Shown here: positions 30,406 through 41,501 of the stretch, piece by piece
Position numbering within the stretch: position 1 is the first letter of the stretch
Layout: each line of letters starts with the position of its first letter
Source of the DNA: an uncultured Nitrospinota bacterium
Lineage (GTDB): Bacteria > Tectomicrobia > Entotheonellia > J063 > CAVPRW01
Reading direction: 5' to 3'
Length of the DNA: 64,000 bases
Assembly (NCBI GenBank): GCA_963707985.1
Contig: CAVPRW010000048.1
Coordinates: 1 to 64,000, forward strand
Notes under the pieces: model-generated
The model's input: the letters and a program-made list of their open reading frames with translations, nothing else
Database searches by the model: none
What the model was told of the DNA's origin: nothing
Made by a program: the position numbers and the translations under genes

Positions 30406-30648
30406 ATGGCAACTTTGACGATTAAAAATATCCCAGACGAAGTGTACGAGCAGCTCAAGCAAAGGGCAGCCCGCCACCGGCGCAGTGTCAACAGCGAGGT
30501 CATCGTCTGCCTGGAGCAAGTATTGGGTAGCCGGTCCGTAGATCCCGCCACATTCCTCACCAACATTCGCGCGCTGCGTGAGAATCTCTCTACGGTTTTC
30601 GTCACTGAGCAGGACCTGCACGCGGCCAAGAACGAGGGACGATTGTGA
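30406..30648 (+). CDS. FitA/Arc-like RHH antitoxin
   Basis: MATLTIKNIPDEVYEQLKQRAARHRRSVNSE; AGGAG RBS. Confidence 0.9.
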   Translation: MATLTIKNIPDEVYEQLKQRAARHRRSVNSEVIVCLEQVLGSRSVDPATFLTNIRALRENLSTVFVTEQDLHAAKNEGRL

Positions 30649-31046
30649 TTGTCGTCGATACCAATGTCATTGCTTATTTGCTCTTACCAGGCGAGCACAC
30701 GGAACAGGCCGAGCGCGTCTTCCACAGGGACCCGGTGTGGGCGGCACCCCTTCTCTGGCGGTCGGAGTTGCGTAATGTGCTCGCTGTCTATCTGCGGCAG
30801 GGGCGGCTCTCACTTAATCAAGCTCTTCAGCTCATGGACAAAGCCGCAATCCTGATGCAGGGTAGGGAGTATGAGGTTTCCTCGGTGCGCGTGCTCAGTC
30901 TGGTCGCAGGTACACGATGCTCCGCATACGACGGCGAGTTCGTTGCTCTGGCCCAAGATCTGGGGTGGTCATTGGTCACCTCTGACGCTAGACTGCTCGC
31001 AGAGTTTCCAGCAACGGCGATAGCCATGGACATGTTCGGAGTATGA
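30645..31046 (+). CDS. vapC: PIN-domain toxin
   Basis: IVVDTNVIAY, SAYDGEFVALA, LVTSD. Confidence 0.9.
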   Translation: MIVVDTNVIAYLLLPGEHTEQAERVFHRDPVWAAPLLWRSELRNVLAVYLRQGRLSLNQALQLMDKAAILMQGREYEVSSVRVLSLVAGTRCSAYDGEFVALAQDLGWSLVTSDARLLAEFPATAIAMDMFGV

Positions 31047-31059
31047 CAGAACTGCCAGG

Positions 31060-31172
31060 GCCTAACCACCCACTGCAGCGCACGGATGGGGCAGTGGCGG
31101 TGCCGACGTTGTTGGGACCGACGCAGGTAGGTGGTAGTTTCACTGCCCGCCGCTGCATGCCGGACGTGTTCA
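31060..31172 (+). other. Orphan degenerate attC
   Basis: GCCTAACcacccactgcagcg...gggcagtg / cactgccc-gccgctgc; the core site is damaged. Confidence 0.6.
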
Positions 31173-31588
31173 GATACGCCCCGTAATGGCGCAGGCGATT
31201 GTTCTTTCAGAGCACATTAGGAGGAACAACGGTATGCGGACTAGGCCGCGGGCGGGCGTGATGGGCCATCACTGGGGTCCGACGCCGGCGAAGCAACGGG
31301 CGGCCATGGCCCAGCCCCGGGCGACGGACCGGTCAAGTCCTGCGACCGCGGCTGCGACGTGCGTCGAACGGCTCCCGCTCCGTTGAGCGCGGAAGTGAGA
31401 GCTTCGGCTGCCTATCTATGGCATGCTCGCGCCAAGTAAAGCCCGAAGCGAGGGGATTAGCGAGAGTGGTGAAACTCGCCGCTGCGACCCCGAGGGTGAG
31501 AGCTATCCGCTGAAGTTCCACCTGACCAACGCCTCGCCAGCCGGTCAGGAGCGCACCCGACGTGCTCAGCTAGCCGAGGAGGGACACC

Positions 31589-31875
31589 ATGACAGACCTG
31601 CGAGTCACCACCATCAGAGGGACCGACATGATCCTGGATGAGGCTACTGCATGACCATCCCACCGGGGGGCAACGCCGGCCCCGAGGAGGAGCACAGCGG
31701 CGATCAGATCATCTACATTGTGGAGGGCGAAGCGCTGGTACGAGTGCAGGACCAAGAGTATCACGCCGGATCGGGAACGCTACTGACGATTCCCGCCCGG
31801 ACCCGTCACTACGTCGAGAATCCTGGCGCCATACCGGTGTTCCTTCTCACCATTTACGCACCCCCAGTGTATTAA
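31589..31875 (+). pseudogene. Small cupin protein, 5' part frameshifted
   Basis: EEHSGDQIIYIVEGE...IPARTRHYVEN. Confidence 0.6.
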
Positions 31876-31880
31876 CGTCT

Positions 31881-32414
31881 TCAGCGCTGCATCTGGGTAT
31901 CTCGAAAGCCCAGACGCCCTTTCAAGCGTTCCAGCACGTTGAAGACGATCGGGCAGGTCTCGGCGTTATCGATCGTTTGCCAGAGCCGATTGCGAAAGTT
32001 GCGGTGGAGGTGGGGATAGCCCGCACACACAGAGGGGCGAACGTCATAGATCGAGCACAGGTTGTCCTTTAGGAACGGGCAGGGAAGCTGTCGGGTGACA
32101 TATTTCGCGGACTCCTTGTCCGTTTCGAGGTAGCGGGCGCGCAGCTCCGCAGCCGTCATGCCCAGATAATCGGCGATCCGTTGCACCTCAACGCGACTGA
32201 ACAGGGGATGTCGAGTCTTGCAACAGTTGGCGCAGGTGCGGCAATCGATGTGCGCCCAGACCTCCTGGCTGGCCTGCTGGACAATGCCATGTAGCCGGTA
32301 ATCGGAGAGATCCAGGTCGGCTTTGACAAAAGCGCGAAAATCAAGATTCTCCTGCTCGTTGGCCTTGGATGTTTGCTCGATGTACGTTAGATCGGTGATC
32401 GGGTCGTCAGCCAT
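31881..32414 (-). CDS. YkgJ/FliB-like cysteine-cluster (Zn/Fe-S) protein
   Basis: CRTCANCC...CPFL...CSIYDVRPSVCAGYP. Confidence 0.88.
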   Translation of the reverse strand: MADDPITDLTYIEQTSKANEQENLDFRAFVKADLDLSDYRLHGIVQQASQEVWAHIDCRTCANCCKTRHPLFSRVEVQRIADYLGMTAAELRARYLETDKESAKYVTRQLPCPFLKDNLCSIYDVRPSVCAGYPHLHRNFRNRLWQTIDNAETCPIVFNVLERLKGRLGFRDTQMQR

Positions 32415-32724
32415 GATGGTGCCTTAGCGAAGCCATCTCGTAGTGCAATGGCGACAGCGTTTCAAGGTTAAGATGCTTCGACGAATCAAGAATTTCGATG
32501 CCCACAATCTTATCATCCTCGCCGAGATCTCACACAATATCTTCTGACAGCCTTTTGTCCGTGACCGGTTGTGTTCGTTCATCGAGGCGAGGGTATAGCA
32601 TATCGGTCTTGTGATCATCAAGAGTCTGCATTCTGGGACTCCCACCGCCCGTAGAAGACACGATACCCCATGTAGGGACTCTCACCCCAACCTTTGCGAT
32701 GGAGAGGAGGAAGATCTGCCAACT

Positions 32725-33861
32725 CTACCAGCCCAATGCATCGGCGATGCGGCGGCGATGAGAGCGGGCATCGCCGAGCAAATGATAAAGGGTGCGCGAG
32801 CGTTGTGTATGTAATGTCAGGCCATATTCTTGGATGACGCCCACGCCAGCATGGACTTCATGGGCGCCGTCACACACCTTGAGATGGGCTTCGCTAGTCA
32901 CCGCCTTGGCGAGATGCACGCTGGAGGCCGCAGGCCGCCCGGAATCGAGCTTCCACAGGGCCTCATAGGTGGTCCAGCGCGCGGCGTCCAGGTGATTGAC
33001 CATGCCGATGATGTGGTCCTGCACGCGCTGGAAGCGCCCGATTGGCTGCCCAAACTGGATACGCGTGCGGCTATATGCTACTGCCATCTCGAAGACCGCC
33101 TGACAGGAACCAACCTGGTAGGCGCACAGGATGGGAATCGCCTGTAGCGCGGCCGTTTCTAGGCTGTCCCAACCTCGCCCCTCGGCATCTCCGAGCACCG
33201 CTTCGGCCGGCACTTGGACATTCTCGAAGCGCACCTCATCCACCTGCCCCATCCAGCCGGGCAGTGTGCGCACCGACACACCAGGGGTGCTAGCGTCCAC
33301 GATCAGTAGGGTAATCCCGCGACTCACTGCGGTGCTCGCGGGAGCAGTGCGTACTGCACACAACAGGTGCGTCGCTGCTTGAGCGTCGTAGACAAATAGT
33401 TTGGTACCATTCAACACATAGTGGCCATGCTCCAGGCTGGCATGCATGTGTAGCTTTTCCGGACGCCAACCATAATCGGCTTCGGTGACCGCCACGGATA
33501 AGACCCATTGGCCCCCTGCCACCTGTGGCAATATCGCTTGCTTCTGGGCCTCGGTGCCACCATGCTGTATAGTTAGGGCTCCCAGCACCGCCGATGCGAA
33601 AAAGGGGCCGGGCACGGGACCGCGTCCCAGTTCTTCGAACAACACGGCCGCATCAGTCAGTGCACGTCCCTCTCCGCCGTATGCTTCGGGGATCACCACG
33701 CCCAACCAGCCGAGCTCTGCAACTTTGCGTAAGAGCTCTGGTGTGATCCCGGTGGGAGAACGCTCCAAGGCGAGCAGCGTGTTCTTGTCGTATTCGCGCT
33801 GCACAAAGTCGGCTACACTGGTTTTCAGGAGCTCTTGCGCTTCTGTCAGTCCAAGATCCAT
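32725..33861 (-). CDS. Acyl-CoA dehydrogenase (beta-type subunit)
   Basis: LNGTKLFV, RIQFGQPIGRFQRVQ. Confidence 0.9.
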   Translation of the reverse strand: MDLGLTEAQELLKTSVADFVQREYDKNTLLALERSPTGITPELLRKVAELGWLGVVIPEAYGGEGRALTDAAVLFEELGRGPVPGPFFASAVLGALTIQHGGTEAQKQAILPQVAGGQWVLSVAVTEADYGWRPEKLHMHASLEHGHYVLNGTKLFVYDAQAATHLLCAVRTAPASTAVSRGITLLIVDASTPGVSVRTLPGWMGQVDEVRFENVQVPAEAVLGDAEGRGWDSLETAALQAIPILCAYQVGSCQAVFEMAVAYSRTRIQFGQPIGRFQRVQDHIIGMVNHLDAARWTTYEALWKLDSGRPAASSVHLAKAVTSEAHLKVCDGAHEVHAGVGVIQEYGLTLHTQRSRTLYHLLGDARSHRRRIADALGW

Positions 33862-33919
33862 GGATATCGTCCTTGCAAAGATGGGTGTCAAGGGAAAGCG
33901 GTATGATCACGCCCCACTG

Positions 33920-35152
33920 CTACCGCAGTCGTCCCGCCTGTTCCCTCTCCGCACGGCCAATGCCGATGCGCCGGGCCATGATGACTTTTTGAATATCGGT
34001 GGTTCCACCGGGATGCAGACCGACCACTGCCGAGCGCTGATAATGCTCCATCAGCCCGTTCAAAGGACCCCATTGGGCATCATTGGTCATGGCGGCGGGT
34101 CCAACGGCACGCAGAATGATCTCGGCGATTTCCAGGGCCTGGGTCTTGCGCCAATACGACAACTGTGGTCCCTCGTAGGAGCGCGGTTGGTGTGCATGGC
34201 TCAGCCAATAGGTGCGTAGACCAAAGAGTCGGAGAATCTCGCTTTTGATAAAGACCTCGACCATGTCATCCCGGACATCCGGATCCTGGCTCAGCGTTTG
34301 GCCATTGCGCTTGGTGGTGGTGCAGTATTCCAGAAACTCGTCCACCACACGATTACGACGGATGATGCCGCCACCGCCGTGCTCCAACTCCAGATGCGTC
34401 GTGGCCACTCTCCAGCCGTTGTTCTCACCTCCGACCAGGTGAAAGGCCGGCACACGCACGTTGTCAAAAAACACCGTGTGTTTGAGCCCTGGCGAGGCTC
34501 CACCCTCACCGCCCGCGGTCAGCAGTTCCATGGGCGTAACCGTGATACCCGGCAAACCGTAGGGAATCATTAACCAACCCAGATTTTCATGGCGCGGGCG
34601 GTCGGGATCGGTGACCACGATGGTCCACATCATCTCACAGCCATGCAGGCTGCCGATGTAGATCTTCTGGCCATTGACGACATAGTCATCGCCATCACGA
34701 ATGGCACGAGTCTGCACTGAGGCCAGGTCAGACCCGGCGTTGGGTTCGCTGAGGAGCTGCCAGGTACGCCACTCACCCCGGAAAATGGGCGGCAGGAAAT
34801 GTTGTTTCTGATCGTCGGTGCCCCAGACGAAAATGCTGGCCCCTCCCAGACGCCCACCGGAATCATAATAGGGTGGTAAGTGGAGGTTGTAACGGTCCAG
34901 TTCCTCCTCGATGATCATCACGAAATCGATGCTCAGCTCGCCGCCGCCATACTGTTTTGGGTAGGTCGGATAGAGCCAGCCTTTGGCTCCCAATCGTCTC
35001 CCCAGCTCACGCAGCTTGTGATACTGTTCTAATGACAGATCGCCTGGATCGATCGGCTGTTCTAAGCCTTCGGGGATATGGTCCACGAGCCAGGCGCGCA
35101 CCTCGGCGCGAAAGGCTTCCTGCTCTGGGGTATAGGTTACTTCAAAGTCCAT
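33920..35152 (-). CDS. Acyl-CoA dehydrogenase (alpha-type subunit)
   Basis: LSEPNAGSDLASVQTRA, VNGQKIY, GGTTDIQKVIMARR. Confidence 0.92.
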   Translation of the reverse strand: MDFEVTYTPEQEAFRAEVRAWLVDHIPEGLEQPIDPGDLSLEQYHKLRELGRRLGAKGWLYPTYPKQYGGGELSIDFVMIIEEELDRYNLHLPPYYDSGGRLGGASIFVWGTDDQKQHFLPPIFRGEWRTWQLLSEPNAGSDLASVQTRAIRDGDDYVVNGQKIYIGSLHGCEMMWTIVVTDPDRPRHENLGWLMIPYGLPGITVTPMELLTAGGEGGASPGLKHTVFFDNVRVPAFHLVGGENNGWRVATTHLELEHGGGGIIRRNRVVDEFLEYCTTTKRNGQTLSQDPDVRDDMVEVFIKSEILRLFGLRTYWLSHAHQPRSYEGPQLSYWRKTQALEIAEIILRAVGPAAMTNDAQWGPLNGLMEHYQRSAVVGLHPGGTTDIQKVIMARRIGIGRAEREQAGRLR

Positions 35153-35503
35153 GGAGATGTTCTCCTTAGTTACTCAACCCTTCCGTCATCGTGGCAGTCC
35201 TCCAAATGCTCAGCCTTGCGACATGAGGGATGCACGATTTTTCTGATAGTCACCTGCTCGGTTGGCCGAGTATAACCGAACGTGTGACCCAGGTCTACTC
35301 TGTTGGGGAAACCTCGGTCGACGGGGAAAAGTAAAACATAGGGATGTGATATGCGGTGAGGTTGTGCTGCTAGAGGTATCGGGGACAACCATTCCTGTTG
35401 TCAGTCGGCAGGAAGACGTGACAGAGTCACCTCTCCCCACAACGAGCTTCTCCCCGACAAGAGGGGAGAAGCTCGAGGCCGATCACGCCATCAATTTGTC
35501 ACC

Positions 35504-36295
35504 CTACTTGGCGTGCGCCGCCCGCATCGCCATCGCCTTGGGCTCGATCTCTTTCGCCAACTTGGTGGCGACGAGCTCGCGGTCCAGGGCGGCCGCGATG
35601 GTCGGATAGCCGGCGCGTTCGATCATGCTCGGCAGTTTGCCGGATTTGAACTGATTCATCGTCCACTCTAACGTATCGGGAACGACGGTGGTATCCCAGT
35701 AGATCCGGACGTCTTGGTTGCGCGGTCCGTAATGGTAGTGCGGGCCGCCCTCAAAACAGTCGAAGGCCAACAACTCGATCTCATTGCCGGCCACATCACT
35801 GAGCACGTGGATCGCCATGCCACGGTCACCAGTCAACTCACGGAACTCCAACCCGAAGCGGATATTCCCCGCTTCCACAACCACGTCGCCGCGGTTATGA
35901 GTGACCGTGCGTCGCTGCTTCAGCGCCATATAGCGTGCGGCTTCCTCGACCTGGTCGAGCTTGCTCAACACCAGCGGGCAATCGAGTTTACTAGCAATAT
36001 CTTCGAATCCCGCTTTCTTCAGCATCTCTGGCAAGCGAGTGCGCAGTTGTGTCAGCGTCCAGCCTACCGCATTCCCTGCGGTGGTTTTGTCCATATCGTA
36101 GTGTAAATTCTTATCCTCTGGATCATAGTGGTAGTGCGGGCGCTGGTCGAAGCAGTCGAAGCGCAACAGCTCTTTCTCTTCGTCCCCAACACAGGACGCG
36201 ACCTGAAGGCTGACGCCCTGGTCTGGCATCAAGGCCCGATACTGCAAAGCAAACGTGATATTTCCGGCTTCGATTTTGGTATTACCGAGCTTCAT
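35504..36295 (-). CDS. Hypothetical protein with two tandem homologous domains
   Basis: ELLRFDCFDQRPHYHYDP and ELLAFDCFEGGPHYHYGP; AGGAGG RBS. Confidence 0.8.
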   Translation of the reverse strand: MKLGNTKIEAGNITFALQYRALMPDQGVSLQVASCVGDEEKELLRFDCFDQRPHYHYDPEDKNLHYDMDKTTAGNAVGWTLTQLRTRLPEMLKKAGFEDIASKLDCPLVLSKLDQVEEAARYMALKQRRTVTHNRGDVVVEAGNIRFGLEFRELTGDRGMAIHVLSDVAGNEIELLAFDCFEGGPHYHYGPRNQDVRIYWDTTVVPDTLEWTMNQFKSGKLPSMIERAGYPTIAAALDRELVATKLAKEIEPKAMAMRAAHAK

Positions 36296-36542
36296 CGCCT
36301 GTTTCCTCCTGGAACATGTCATCCGCTGGATCGAGTGAGGGATGTATCTTAACCGAACTGCCTCATTGTAGCACTTTCGACGTTGTGTGTGATAGGGAAA
36401 TCGGTGGTGTGTCGTCGTACCAGGAATAGGAAGGCTTTAGCCGCATCTCTCATGTTTCGTCGTGGCACGACATATCGCTCTTTCTTGCCTGGGTTGATAT
36501 CAAGCGAGTTGTCAAACTTGGCAGCTAGACCATACCCTTTAT

Positions 36543-39500
36543 TTAGTGACCGCTAATTTATTCCCTTCAAGAGAGAGTTGTGAGGTCGATTGCATCGGCG
36601 TATGCTGGGGTGCCTTTACCCCACCTCGTGAGGAGAGACGACGATGCCGCTCTGACGCTCCCTCCAGCATTGGCTGACGGGCCGCGGACCGCGCCTGCAG
36701 GTGGCCGACTTCGTCCCCGAAACGCATCCGATTCGCCAATGGTCCGAGACGTGTCCGTGGGCGACCATGGTTGCCGCCGTGGACCGCTCGTTCGCCCAAC
36801 GTTTTCCGAAACCCACGACGCGGGGCCGTCCGCCCGTCTCGACGCGGGTGTTGTTGGCCTTGGAGTTCTTGAAACATGAGCTGACCTGTGCCGACGAACA
36901 GATTCTGTCGTCGGTTGCGGACGGACTTGGCGGTGATGGACTGCCTGCGGGATTACCGATGTCCAGGTGGACCGAGCCCAGGAGCATTTTGTGCTGCCAG
37001 AAGTGCTCGCCCACGTTCGGAGCCGTCTGGAGGCCCCACTGATGGAGGAACTCCTAGCCATCCAGGCGGCGACGGCGATGGAGGAGGGGTTGGTGAGCCC
37101 TGCGCACCTGGTGGTCGATACCTTTCCCAGTGAGCAGGGCAGCCAACGCGTCAATGACGCCGCCACGCGGTCTAAGGCCCCCAAAAAAGTCCTCCAGGTC
37201 ATCACGACCATCACCGCCGAGTGCGCCACCCAGGGGACGGCGTTGCAGGCCCAAGTAGCGCAACTCCAGCACGACCTCACCCAGCGGATGCACCGCTTCG
37301 GGCGCCAATGCCGAGGGATGGGGAACGTGTGTGTAACACTGGGGCGCCAGACGGAAACACACTTGTTGGAGCTGGGACAGCCGGTCCTGACGCTGGCGAA
37401 GGCCGCCCAGGCGTGCCTGCACGGCACGCCCCAACTGGCGGAGGACCAGCGGGTGCGTCTGGACACCCAGCTCACCGCCGCGCTCAAGGCCCACCACCGG
37501 ATCGCACACCAATCGCGACGGCTGACGCAGACTAAAGCGTTGTCCCACGGCAAGATCGTCAACGCGTATGATCCCACCATGGCCCCGATCTGCAAAGGGA
37601 AGAGCAACTGCCCCGCCCCGTTCGCCGCAAGCCCGGCATGATCGCCGAGCCGACGGCAGGCTTCATTTTTGCCCTGCATCTCCCCGTGGGGAATCCGAGC
37701 GATGCGAGTTATGTGGAGCCCCTGGTCGACAACGTGGAGGCGGCGATTGGCCGGGTCAGAACGCGCCCCACTCTGGCCATCCACTCCCTGGCTGGCGATT
37801 TGGCGCTCAATGACGCCACTTTGCGTGAAGTGTTGCACGAGCGGGGAATTCTGACCGTGGGGATTCCGAAAACCATCGATCCCCTGCCCCCGTCGCCCAC
37901 ACCGGAGGATGTCCTGCGGAGCCTGGACGAGGCGGACTTGCACGGCATCCGCACCCCGACCCAGGTGCACCTCGCCTACGCGTGTGGCTACAGCCGACCC
38001 GTGGTCGAAAGTATCATGGCCAGTCTGCTGTGTCGGGGAGCCGCACACCTTACCGACACAGGCCATCGGGGTGCGATCATACAAACGGGCATGGCGGTCA
38101 TGGCCCACAATGCGGCCGCGTTGGTGCGCATCCATGAATATCGTCTCTCGAAGCGGGCACGCCTGTTCCGCCGACGGCTGCGGTTGAGATGCCGTCAAGT
38201 CAATCAATATAATGCCTCAATAAATTCAATACCTTCGCCAATTAGGCGGCGTTGCCTGCCTGGTTAACGCGCCCCAGTGCAGCCATGTGGGCCATGGCCT
38301 GCTCAATAAAAAGCGGCTCTGGCCTTTCCGGAAGCAATTTTACGGTTTCCAGCACATATTTCCGGCTACGGAACCACGCCTTCAGATCATTCACACTCAC
38401 CTCCGGCCACTGCGTGCGCATCGGACGCATCCAGGCGTGGGAGACATTGACCATGAACATGGCGAGATTCGCACTGTTGTCCACAGGCCTCTCGTTGACC
38501 GTCATGAAATCTTCCAAGCCCCCATATGGTTTGGCATCCCGAACGTTGCACTCCAGTTGGAAACGAAGACGATCATAGTCCAGCACTTGATCCCAGGGAA
38601 GGGCCAAGTCACTCCTGCATACGATTACCTGAGCAACAGCTTGTGTTTTCAGATTCGTTTTGACAATCACGACAATATTTAACAAATCAGCAAATTTCTT
38701 GTGCCCTAACTGTCATTTGGTAGATTTGTGTCTGGATATCTTTCTCAACAAAAGATATGTTTATAGACTCATCCGGGATATGTCGACCATCGAGCTTCTT
38801 CCCATATTGCTTACGCCGGCCACGTCCTGTCTACAGGCCATCATCGGGGACATACAGGGCCGCATGAGGACGCAGTTTGGAAATCCAATGTCATCCAAGT
38901 TGTCGGACCATTTGCACGGCCTCGTGATCGCCAAAGGCCCCATCAAAAACAACGTAGTGCACCTTGACGTGTGCGCCAAGCACCTGTAGTATCCGCCTGA
39001 TGCGCTCTTGGACGAAACAGAGATAGGGGCTTCACGTCACCTCGCGCCGAGGCTGATTTTTACTCCCTTGCGGGCGCCCCCGTTGGCTTGCGGACTTTTC
39101 GGGGCACACCTCGGCAGGCGCGCGGCGAGGTTCTGGGCCCTGTTGTGCCATCAGCGCTGGGTCGGAGGTGCGACGTTTGACACGCATGCGGGATCTGACT
39201 CAGAACACACCGGCCTGGCACGGCTTTGCCATCCAAGGAAGACAAGAACCGCTCCAAGCCCTGCGTCTTCTTGCCCGCTTTCGTCACCACGACGGCATCG
39301 CCTCCCAGCACGATCACCTCGTCGGGATCTCAGAGATGGTGTCGCATCAGCACCCATGGCCCCGTGCCCCAGCTCAGGCTGGTCGCGAACAACCGTTGGA
39401 TCGTCCGAGAGCTCCCTCCTGGGCCTGCCCAACGCCCTATCCCCCGCATCGTCACGCGGCCGCTCATCGCGAGCATCGCCTCCCTGACCCGGGCGAGTTG

Positions 39501-39706
39501 ACGCATCGTGGTGCGATCCAGACACTGGCCTCAACACGCGACAAGGACCATCATATCCGACATGGGCGATGGCTCCTTGTGTAGCGTTGGGTGGGGGATG
39601 CCCTATTCTACACAGGGCTCAGTCGCCCTGCCTCATTTCTATGCGTTTGTCAGCTGTCCTGATCTATCCCCTTTTGGCGAAGGTATTGTAAATTAGTGAC
39701 CACTAA
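36543..39706 (+). mobile_element. Decayed IS (IS5/IS1182-like DDE), with a second IS nested in its right end
   Basis: Imperfect IRs TTAGTGACCGCTAATTTA / TAAATTAGTGACCACTAA; transposase fragments at 36701-38226. Confidence 0.7.
38227..39688 (-). mobile_element. Decayed IS (IS4/IS701-like DDE)
   Basis: Perfect 15-bp IRs CAATACCTTCGCCAA / TTGGCGAAGGTATTG; 6-bp TSD TAAATT on both sides; RFQLECNVRDAK..GLEDF. Confidence 0.9.
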
Positions 39707-39914
39707 TTAGAGAACTGAACACTTATTTCAATCTTGGTATTAATGTTGATGATCCTGCTGATTTCCCCCCTTGATATTCTGAGAGTAATATATTCTCTTT
39801 TTGAAGGATGTAAAAGTTATGTACGAGGTAAACTTACGTCTCCTTAAAAGCAAAATCCACATGCACATAACGCGAAGCGTTTGGTGCTAACCTAGCGGTA
39901 TTCCTATGATCTTG

Positions 39915-40496
39915 TCAGGAAGAATGTAACTCCTTGGAGAGCCATTGGCGAAGACGCCTATCAATACGGTGCTCGAACTTCTTACCAGTCGTAGTTTCTA
40001 CTCCAACCTTCATCCATCGCAGCCATAGTTTCCTCAATATGCCGCGAGAGACTCGCGGATAACATCCTATAAGTCTTTGAATCAGAATTTGATTGAAACT
40101 ATACACAGGACCCTCAGCATATGGAGAGTTTCCTTTGCGTCCAATGACGGCTATATCATATTGCGCTTGTTCTCCATCATGAAGTTCAATTTCTAAGCCC
40201 GAAGAACCGCGAAGTGGATCAGCCACAGAGAGATAAAATAATCCCCTCTTGAAAATACCTACCTTCCAATACACAGTAGTTGTACGGGCTGTTCTTCGTT
40301 GAATATTCGTTACAGTTATTCGGACAACATCGCCATCGTATCTAGTTGCAAGGTCGACTCTCGGTATGAGGATAATGCTCCGATCCTGATTAGCTATGTG
40401 TAGCGCAATCCATACGGCGAGGAATGTGCCAAGAGCGGCGAGTGATTGCACGATGGTGTTAACAAGCTCTGGCCAGGTCCATGCCGCAAAGGGCAT
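39915..40496 (-). CDS. Hypothetical protein with an N-terminal transmembrane helix
   Basis: 193-aa low-GC ORF with an RBS. Confidence 0.6.
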   Translation of the reverse strand: MPFAAWTWPELVNTIVQSLAALGTFLAVWIALHIANQDRSIILIPRVDLATRYDGDVVRITVTNIQRRTARTTTVYWKVGIFKRGLFYLSVADPLRGSSGLEIELHDGEQAQYDIAVIGRKGNSPYAEGPVYSFNQILIQRLIGCYPRVSRGILRKLWLRWMKVGVETTTGKKFEHRIDRRLRQWLSKELHSS

Positions 40497-40525
40497 ACTC
40501 TCTTTTCCTTAGGGATGAATAGTCC

Positions 40526-40819
40526 TCACGTACTCTTACCGAACAGGTAGCTGAGGACAAGCGTAATGACAGGTAGTACAAGCTTTGGGTATTCAACGGC
40601 TTCCATACGTGTTTGGAAGAAAAGCACTATCATAATTGAGAGGAAAAAAAGAAACAGAATAAAACCTGCGATGTTCGTAGGGGCATTTGTTGATGACCCA
40701 AAAACTTTACCGAGCCAGCCAGCCTCAAGGCTCATGCGTGTGTGTTCAATGTCATAGTACCGTCCAGGGACATTCTCTGCAAGTCGATATCTACCTTGCT
40801 CCTCTCCAGCCTCGGCCAT
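40526..40819 (-). CDS. Small two-TM hypothetical protein
   Basis: MAEAGEEQ start with GAGG RBS; two hydrophobic segments. Confidence 0.55.
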   Translation of the reverse strand: MAEAGEEQGRYRLAENVPGRYYDIEHTRMSLEAGWLGKVFGSSTNAPTNIAGFILFLFFLSIMIVLFFQTRMEAVEYPKLVLPVITLVLSYLFGKST

Positions 40820-40823
40820 TCGG

Positions 40824-41069
40824 TTACCTCTTGAGATCAAGCAGGCGAGCGGCGTGCTGTGCGATGTACCCACAGTTTGTGCAGGATACGAGAATGACTG
40901 GCAATCGAGAATGTAGAGGTCTAAAGGTTGGCCACGGTGCATCTCGATCTAGCTCGACATTCGCCTCACCGATAATCTCGAACTCTGGATTCCGGCATCG
41001 CGGGCAGGCCTGTGTAGCACTTTTTTCTTGTAACGCTTTGATGATTTCTTCTTGCCTAGCCTTATCCAT
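40824..41069 (-). CDS. Small zinc-ribbon protein
   Basis: CPRC...CTNCGY; AGGAG RBS before MDKARQEE. Confidence 0.6.
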   Translation of the reverse strand: MDKARQEEIIKALQEKSATQACPRCRNPEFEIIGEANVELDRDAPWPTFRPLHSRLPVILVSCTNCGYIAQHAARLLDLKR

Positions 41070-41255
41070 TTCCGACTCCTTCGTAGTAGAGGGCATCCGC
41101 CGAAGCCTCGTATCTCCTGCCCTAGTATCCCCGAAAGTGAACGCTGAGAGTGTTCTTCTCATACGCACTCATGCCCGCAAAAAATCTGGCGATATAGAAA
41201 TTAGGACAAAATGGTATAATTTGATATTAAATGGTTGAGAGAGTGACAGAAGTCT

Positions 41256-41501
41256 ATGAGACTCTATGATGTGTATCGGTACGACGCTTCCGTGGCTCGG
41301 GTACGTATGTTAGAGAATGGCAAAATCGAATGGGCCTATCATCAAGAATACGGGCATGGGCAGGGGTTCTGGTGGAGCAACGATATGAAAAATATGATGG
41401 AAGAATTCATCAAACGCTATCCGGATTTTGAGGAACTGGTAGTGGGAGAATTTACGCTTCGACAATGCGAAGATAAACCACAAGAAGCAGTTCTCCCTTA
41501 A
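41256..41501 (+). CDS. Small hypothetical protein
   Basis: 81-aa ORF with protein-like composition downstream of an AT-rich TATAAT-containing spacer. Confidence 0.45.
   Translation: MRLYDVYRYDASVARVRMLENGKIEWAYHQEYGHGQGFWWSNDMKNMMEEFIKRYPDFEELVVGEFTLRQCEDKPQEAVLP

Noticed and set aside
5224..38207. Long antisense ORFs (e.g. 5224..6819, 8986..10218, 36567..38207)
   Set aside because: Shadow frames of GC-rich genes on the opposite strand, with no motifs of their own.
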